Positions 26,870 to 32,000 of a DNA stretch of 32,000 bases are shown here, one piece after another. How positions within the stretch are numbered: position 1 is the stretch's first letter; each line of letters begins with the position of its first letter. The notes beneath the pieces were generated by a model. The model was given only the letters and a program-made list of their open reading frames with translations, was not told the DNA's origin and ran no database searches. The translations under genes and the position numbers were made by a program. This DNA comes from Candidatus Saccharimonadota bacterium (GTDB taxonomy: Bacteria > Bacteroidota > Bacteroidia > Flavobacteriales > Blattabacteriaceae), in NCBI RefSeq assembly GCF_014252315.1, contig NZ_CP059216.1:554066-586065 (forward strand), read 5' to 3'.

Positions 26870-29157
26870 ATACAATTTCTAATAAAATTTAAAGATGATC
26901 CATATTTAAACCATTGAATTTGTTTCTTATTATAAGAATGTTTAGCTAAAATTTTATCTATTTTTTTATCACTATGAATAATATCAATTTTTATATTTTT
27001 TCCAGGAAAAAAATTATCTTTTATATAAAAATTAAATATATCATTTTCATCTATTTTATAGTAATCATGTGGATTTGAAAAAGTTAAAGCTAAAATTCCC
27101 TGTTTTTTAAGATTAGTCTCATGTATTCTAGAAAAAGATTTAACTAAAACTACACGAACACCTAAAAAACGAGGTTCCATTGCCGCATGTTCTCTAGATG
27201 ACCCTTCTCCATAATTATCTTCCCCTACAATCAAAGTAAAAATATTTTTTGATTTGTAAAATTTTGCTATATTAGGAACTGTTCCATATTTATCTGTAAA
27301 TACGTTTTTTATTTTATTTTCTTTATTATTGAAATAATTAATAGCTTTTATCAATAAATTTTCTGAAATATTTTCTAAATGACCTCTATATTTTAACCAT
27401 GGACCAGCCATTGATATATGATCAGTAGTACATTTTCCTTTAACTTTTATCAATAATCTAATATTCAATAAATTTTTTCCATTCCAAGATGAAAATGGTG
27501 ATAAAAATTGTAATCTATCTGAATTATTTTTTATTATTATAGAAATATTATAAGGTTTACTATTTTTTGATGTATGTTTATAAAATGATTTTTTTACATC
27601 ATTACTAATTTCTTTTTCATTAAAAATATCTTTATTTTTTTTAGGTTCTTCAAATTTTACATATTCACCTAATTCGTTTTTTATATTATCTGTAATTGGA
27701 TTAAAGTCAATATTACCAGAAAATACCATAGCGGTTACAATTTCAGGAGAAGCTATAAATGCATGTGTATTTGGATTTCCATCATTTCTAGAAGAAAAAT
27801 TTCTATTAAAAGAATGTATAATTGTATTTTTTTTATTATTATTATTTTTATTCGTTCTTTTCCATTGTCCAATACATGGGCCACAAGCGTTAGCAAATAC
27901 TTTTGCTCCAATTTTTTTAAAAAGATCTAAATATCCGTTTTTTTTAAGAAAATAATAAACTTTGTTTGATCCAGGAGTAATCAAATATTCTGATTTTATT
28001 TTCAATTTTTTATTTATTGCTTGTTTAATAATATTTACAGATTTTAATAAATCCTCGCAAGAGGAATTAGTGCATGATCCAATTAATCCTACTTCTAAAT
28101 TAGTAGGCCAATTATTAATTTTAGCTTCCTTTTTCATATTAGAAATAGAAGTTGATTTATCAGGAGTAAAAGGGCCATTAATATGAGGTTCTAAAGTGGA
28201 TAAATCAATTTTTATAACCTTATCATAATAATGATAAGGATTATTATATACTTCTATATCAGATTGAAAACAATCTTTAATACCATCTATAATAGATACT
28301 ATTTCTTTTCTGTTATTAAATAACAAATATTCTTTCATGCAATAATCATATGGAAATAACGAAGAACTAGCTCCTAGCTCTGCTCCCATATTACAAATAG
28401 TAGCTTTACCTGTACAAGGTATATTTTTTGTTCCATCTCCAAAATATTCAATAATAGAATTTGAAGCCCCCATAACACCAATCATTCCAGATAATTTTAA
28501 TATAATATCTTTAGGAGATACCCATCCACTTATTTTTCCTTCTAAAAGAACTCCAATTAATTTAGGAAATTTTAATTCAAAAGAATATCCTGACATTACT
28601 TCAGCAGCATCAGATCCTCCTACCCCTATTGCTAACATACCCAATCCTCCAGCATTTGGAGTATGAGAATCAGTACCTATCATCATACCACCAGGAAAAG
28701 CATAATTTTCTAAAACTATCTGATGAATAATTCCTGATCCAGGTTCCCAAAAATCTATTCCATATTTATAAGAAGCTATTTTTAAAAAATCATATATCTC
28801 TTTGTTTATTTTTAAAGAATTTTTTAAATCTATTGAAGCCCCCTCATTTGCATAAATAAGATGATCACAATGAATAGTAGTTGGAATTTCTGTTTTAACT
28901 TTATTTGTTTGCATAAATTGTAACAAAGTCATTTGAGCTGTTGCATCTTGCATAGCAACACGATCTGGATAAAAATTTATATAAGAATTCTTATTAAAAG
29001 AAAAACTTATATTTGATTTTTCTTTTTGTTTAGTTAAATGAGTGTATAATATTTTTTCTGAAAATGTCATAGGACGATTTATAATCGAACGAATTTTATC
29101 GATTTTATATTTTAATTCCGAATAAAAATTTCGAATCATTTTAAAATCAAAAACCAT
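26866..29157 (-). CDS. acnA: Aconitate hydratase (monomeric, mitochondrial-like ~760-aa type)
   Basis: 763 aa. MTFSEKILYTHL, PDRVAMQDATAQM, IGTDSHTPNAGGLG, GSCTNSS, ANACGPCIGQW and NFSSRNDGNP. The three Fe-S cysteine motifs are present. Confidence 0.93.
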   Translation of the reverse strand: MVFDFKMIRNFYSELKYKIDKIRSIINRPMTFSEKILYTHLTKQKEKSNISFSFNKNSYINFYPDRVAMQDATAQMTLLQFMQTNKVKTEIPTTIHCDHLIYANEGASIDLKNSLKINKEIYDFLKIASYKYGIDFWEPGSGIIHQIVLENYAFPGGMMIGTDSHTPNAGGLGMLAIGVGGSDAAEVMSGYSFELKFPKLIGVLLEGKISGWVSPKDIILKLSGMIGVMGASNSIIEYFGDGTKNIPCTGKATICNMGAELGASSSLFPYDYCMKEYLLFNNRKEIVSIIDGIKDCFQSDIEVYNNPYHYYDKVIKIDLSTLEPHINGPFTPDKSTSISNMKKEAKINNWPTNLEVGLIGSCTNSSCEDLLKSVNIIKQAINKKLKIKSEYLITPGSNKVYYFLKKNGYLDLFKKIGAKVFANACGPCIGQWKRTNKNNNNKKNTIIHSFNRNFSSRNDGNPNTHAFIASPEIVTAMVFSGNIDFNPITDNIKNELGEYVKFEEPKKNKDIFNEKEISNDVKKSFYKHTSKNSKPYNISIIIKNNSDRLQFLSPFSSWNGKNLLNIRLLIKVKGKCTTDHISMAGPWLKYRGHLENISENLLIKAINYFNNKENKIKNVFTDKYGTVPNIAKFYKSKNIFTLIVGEDNYGEGSSREHAAMEPRFLGVRVVLVKSFSRIHETNLKKQGILALTFSNPHDYYKIDENDIFNFYIKDNFFPGKNIKIDIIHSDKKIDKILAKHSYNKKQIQWFKYGSSLNFIRNCI

Positions 29158-29182
29158 AACAAAATTAATTTTTATACAATTA

Positions 29183-29956
29183 TTACTTTTTTTTAAGAAA
29201 AAAACGAATCTCTTTATAAAAATCTATTGGATTATCTATATGAATCCAATGTCCTGCATTTTTTATAGTTACAAACATTGATTTTGGAAAAAAAAAATTC
29301 ATATATTTATAATCATTATATGAAATATAATTAGAATTTTCTCCTTTTAAAAAAAGAGTTAATCCGTTATATTCTTTTTTTAGTTCCATTCTTTTTTTAA
29401 TTAATATATCATAATTTTTTTCTATTCCATATAAATAAAAACGAAAATATAATTTTCCATTATTATTAACTCCTACACACTTAGAAAAAAATGATATAAT
29501 TTTTTTTTCATGTATAAATTTTTTTAAATATATATTAAAATCAGACCTTTTTTTAATTAAAGAAAAATCTATATTTTTTAATATAGATATAAAGTTATTT
29601 TCTTTTGTTGTATAAGCTTTATTAGTTATATCTACAATAATAATTTTTATAGGAATAAATGGATATTTAAAAGAAAAATTCATTACAATACGTCCTCCTA
29701 TAGAATGACCTAATAATATTGGATTAACTAAATTATAATGTTTTATATAATTTATTACATCTTCTGACATAATATTATAATTCATATTATCAGAATAAAA
29801 ACTGTATCCATGATTTCTAATATCTATTAAATGTATTTGATATTCATTACTAAAATTTCTAGAAAAAGAAATCCAATTACTTCCATTCCCAAATAAACCA
29901 TGAAAAACTAAAATCGGGGATCCTTTTCCAATTATATTTGAATATAATAATTTCAT
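29183..29956 (-). CDS. Alpha/beta-fold hydrolase (YbfF-like esterase)
   Basis: 257 aa. PILVFHGLFGNGSNW, DIRNHGYS, the nucleophile elbow GHSIGG, and the C-terminal NAGHWIH (catalytic His). Confidence 0.7.
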   Translation of the reverse strand: MKLLYSNIIGKGSPILVFHGLFGNGSNWISFSRNFSNEYQIHLIDIRNHGYSFYSDNMNYNIMSEDVINYIKHYNLVNPILLGHSIGGRIVMNFSFKYPFIPIKIIIVDITNKAYTTKENNFISILKNIDFSLIKKRSDFNIYLKKFIHEKKIISFFSKCVGVNNNGKLYFRFYLYGIEKNYDILIKKRMELKKEYNGLTLFLKGENSNYISYNDYKYMNFFFPKSMFVTIKNAGHWIHIDNPIDFYKEIRFFLKKK

Positions 29957-30007
29957 TAAAATAATTTATTTTTTTTTAGATTCATATATTTAAATCTGTA
30001 TTGTATT

Positions 30008-30692
30008 TTATAATCCCAGATATAAAGAATCAGATATTAAAGCGTGACCTATATATAATTCTACTATTCCTGGAACTTTTTTTATTAAGAAATTTATATT
30101 ATATAAGTTTATATCATGACCTGAATTTATAGGTAAATTATATTTAATAGCCTTTTTTTTGCAGTTTCAATATAATCATTAATGCAATTTGTATCATTTT
30201 TAGCATATCTAATAGAAAATGGTACAGTATAAATTCTATTCTGTCAACACCAATTTCATGTGCATATGATATCATATTATGATTAAGATATAAAAAAATA
30301 TAAGTACGAATATTATGTTTTTTTAAACATTTTATTTTATTAAATATAAAATTATAATATTTTTTAATATTCAATACTGAATTAGATGTTATAGCATCAT
30401 ATTAATCAGGAACTAGTGTTACTTGATCAGGTTTTACATCTAATACTAAATTCATAAATTTATCTGAAGGATTTACTTAAATATTTAATTCAACATTATC
30501 AAATATTAATGAACGTAAATTATATACATATTTATATTTAATATGTCTTTCATCTGGTATAGGATGTAAAGTAATTCCATGACATCCAAATTTTTGAATA
30601 TATACTGCTATTTTTAATAAATTTGGAACATTTCCTCCTATTGAATTTCTTATTGTAGCTATTTTATTTATATTTACACTTAATTTTACCAT
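30008..30692 (-). pseudogene. pdxJ: Pyridoxine 5'-phosphate synthase, inactivated (2 in-frame TAA codons plus 2 frameshifts)
   Basis: My translation: MVKLSVNINKIATIRNSIGGNVPNLLKIAVYIQKFGCHGITLHPIPDERHI...VELNI*(30477-30479)VNPSDKFMNLVLDVKPDQVTLVPD*(30402-30404)YDAITSNS...HEIGVDRIEF. A -1 shift follows at the T-run 30231-30233, giving YTVPFSIRYAKNDTNCINDYIETAKK. A second -1 shift at A8 (30153-30160) gives AIKYNLPINSGHDINL...VELYIGHALISDSLYLGL*, with the stop at 30008-30010. The whole is colinear with the PdxJ family. Track ORFs 30477..30716 and 30144..30374 are fragments of it. Confidence 0.85.
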
Positions 30693-30696
30693 TTTT

Positions 30697-31881
30697 TTAA
30701 AATACTTCTTTTCCATTTCCAGTTACAACTTGAGTAATTTCTAAATCAAATTCTTTTGCTGCTGTTAATAAATGATCAAAAACACTTGCTTGTATCTGTT
30801 CATATTTAATAGATTCAGATGTTTTTGCAAAACAATATAATTCTACAGGTAATCCATAAGGAGTAGGTTCTAAATGTCTTATCATTAAAGTTTCTGACTG
30901 AGAAATTTTTGAATTTTTATATAAATATTCTAATGCATATTGACGAAATAATCCAATATTAGTTAACTTTCTTCCATTAAGATTTATATTAGAATTTAAT
31001 TTTTTTTCTTTATTAAAAATTTCTATTTCTTTTTGTTTTACAAGAATATAATTTTTTATTAAGAAAACATCTTTAAATTTTTTTAATCCTTCTGCATCAT
31101 AAAAATTAAATGATTGTATATTAAACAAAATAGATCTTTTAATTCTACGTATATTTTTCTTACGCATTACTTCAAAATTAGTAACAGCTGTAGAAATTAA
31201 ATCATAAGTAGGAATACTAGTTACAGTTTTATCAAAATTTTCTATTTTTGCAGAAATTAAATTTATTTCAACAACAGTACCTTCTATATTATATTTTGGA
31301 ATTCCAATCCAATCTCCAACCTTTATCATTTTTGTAGAAGCCATTTGTACTCCGGAAACAAATCCTAATATAGTATCCTTGAAAACAAGTATTACTATAG
31401 CTGTAATAGCCCCTAAACTAGTTAGGATAGAAACTAAATTATTTTTTGTAATAATAGCAATAATAATTAGTATACAAAATATTATAGATATAATTTTTAA
31501 TAATTGTGAAAAAGAATGAACAGCTATTGTTTGATGATTATTTTCACTTGTAGAAATTTTCATTACAGAATTAATAACTCTAATTATCAATTGTAAAGAA
31601 ATTAATACAAATAAAATATTAAGTATTTTTTCAATACATATAATTATAAATTCATAATTTTTAAAAAATAGTTTATTTAATAGAAATCCAATAAATAAAG
31701 GAATAAAATTTGATATACTGTTAAAAACTTTATTCTTAAAAAAAATATAACCCCATTTATAAGAAGGTTTTATATTTAAAATTTTTTTACTAATAAAATA
31801 TATAATTTCATTAAGAAATAAATTTATAATACTTATAATAAGTATAAAACATATAATTCTTCCAATTATAATAATAAACAT
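30697..31881 (-). CDS. Mechanosensitive ion channel family protein (MscS-like)
   Basis: 394 aa with N-terminal transmembrane helices, then the MscS core ILGFVSGVQMASTKMIKVGDWIGIPKYNIEGTVVEINLISAKIENFDKTVTSIPTYDL. Confidence 0.8.
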   Translation of the reverse strand: MFIIIIGRIICFILIISIINLFLNEIIYFISKKILNIKPSYKWGYIFFKNKVFNSISNFIPLFIGFLLNKLFFKNYEFIIICIEKILNILFVLISLQLIIRVINSVMKISTSENNHQTIAVHSFSQLLKIISIIFCILIIIAIITKNNLVSILTSLGAITAIVILVFKDTILGFVSGVQMASTKMIKVGDWIGIPKYNIEGTVVEINLISAKIENFDKTVTSIPTYDLISTAVTNFEVMRKKNIRRIKRSILFNIQSFNFYDAEGLKKFKDVFLIKNYILVKQKEIEIFNKEKKLNSNINLNGRKLTNIGLFRQYALEYLYKNSKISQSETLMIRHLEPTPYGLPVELYCFAKTSESIKYEQIQASVFDHLLTAAKEFDLEITQVVTGNGKEVF

Positions 31882-32000
31882 TTATTAAATAATATCTAAC
31901 TAAAAAAATTATAATCAATATATTCAAAACGAATCATAATCAAAAAAATTTGATATTTTTTTATTTAAATTTATTATTCAATTATAAAATTTTGAAGAAT

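Noticed and set aside
27962-28186. 74-aa plus-strand ORF
   Set aside because: Antisense inside the aconitase gene.
30144-30716. Track ORFs 30477..30716 (79 aa) and 30144..30374 (76 aa) as independent small genes
   Set aside because: They are in the same frame, separated only by two TAA codons. Together with a third frame segment down to 30008, they reconstruct one PdxJ. I treat them as pseudogene fragments.
1-32000. Scan for CRISPR repeats, IS or transposase genes, integrases, phage genes, long direct or inverted repeats, rRNA, and structured ncRNAs (4.5S, RNase P, tmRNA, riboswitches)
   Set aside because: None was found by eye. The non-coding stretches are short (the largest are 15853..16086, 25611..25781, 2807..2941 and 19604..19719), uniformly AT-rich, and lack GC-rich helices or periodic repeats. 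A computational repeat and covariance-model search would be needed to exclude small elements.

Overview
This window is extremely AT-rich (by eye well under 25% G+C; not computed) and very gene-dense. It reads as core chromosome of a genome-reduced Bacteroidota endosymbiont, probably Flavobacteriales and Blattabacterium-like. That placement is inference from the LpxC-FabZ fusion, the DUF2795 and small HsdR_N-like proteins, the Lys/Ile/Asn-rich proteins and the 5-20 nt spacers. I can support 30 apparently intact protein genes, 2 disrupted genes, 3 tRNAs and one hairpin terminator. Gene order: secA (partial), DUF2795, fmt, hup, pdxH, tRNA-CAT, pheT, glyQS, trxB, HsdR_N-like, gapA, lepA, pth (frameshifted), sucD, lpxC-fabZ, rpmH (absent from the ORF track), M14 carboxypeptidase, CPBP protease, rnz, rbfA, tRNA-CAT, tRNA-Arg(CCU), rpmA, rplU, sufS-sufD-sufC-sufB-sufA, lgt, yidD, aconitase, YbfF-like hydrolase, pdxJ (pseudogene), MscS-family channel. 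I see no CRISPR array, transposase or integrase, prophage, toxin-antitoxin, restriction-modification, defence or secretion island, and no unexplained multi-gene cassette, so I do not claim a novel system. The observations worth a second look all concern reductive evolution. (1) The essential pth is split exactly inside an A11 tract, making it a candidate for transcriptional-slippage rescue, while many other essential genes carry in-frame A10-A13 tracts. (2) The LpxC half of the LpxC-FabZ fusion appears catalytically eroded while the FabZ half is intact. (3) pdxJ carries 2 nonsense codons and 2 frameshifts but is still clearly alignable, while pdxH is intact. (4) pheT lacks the whole tRNA-binding B2 domain. 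(5) The rpmA stop codon lies inside the co-oriented tRNA-Arg gene. (6) There are several stop/stop and ATGA gene overlaps. All motif comparisons are from memory of family consensus and E. coli reference sequences and need a real alignment.
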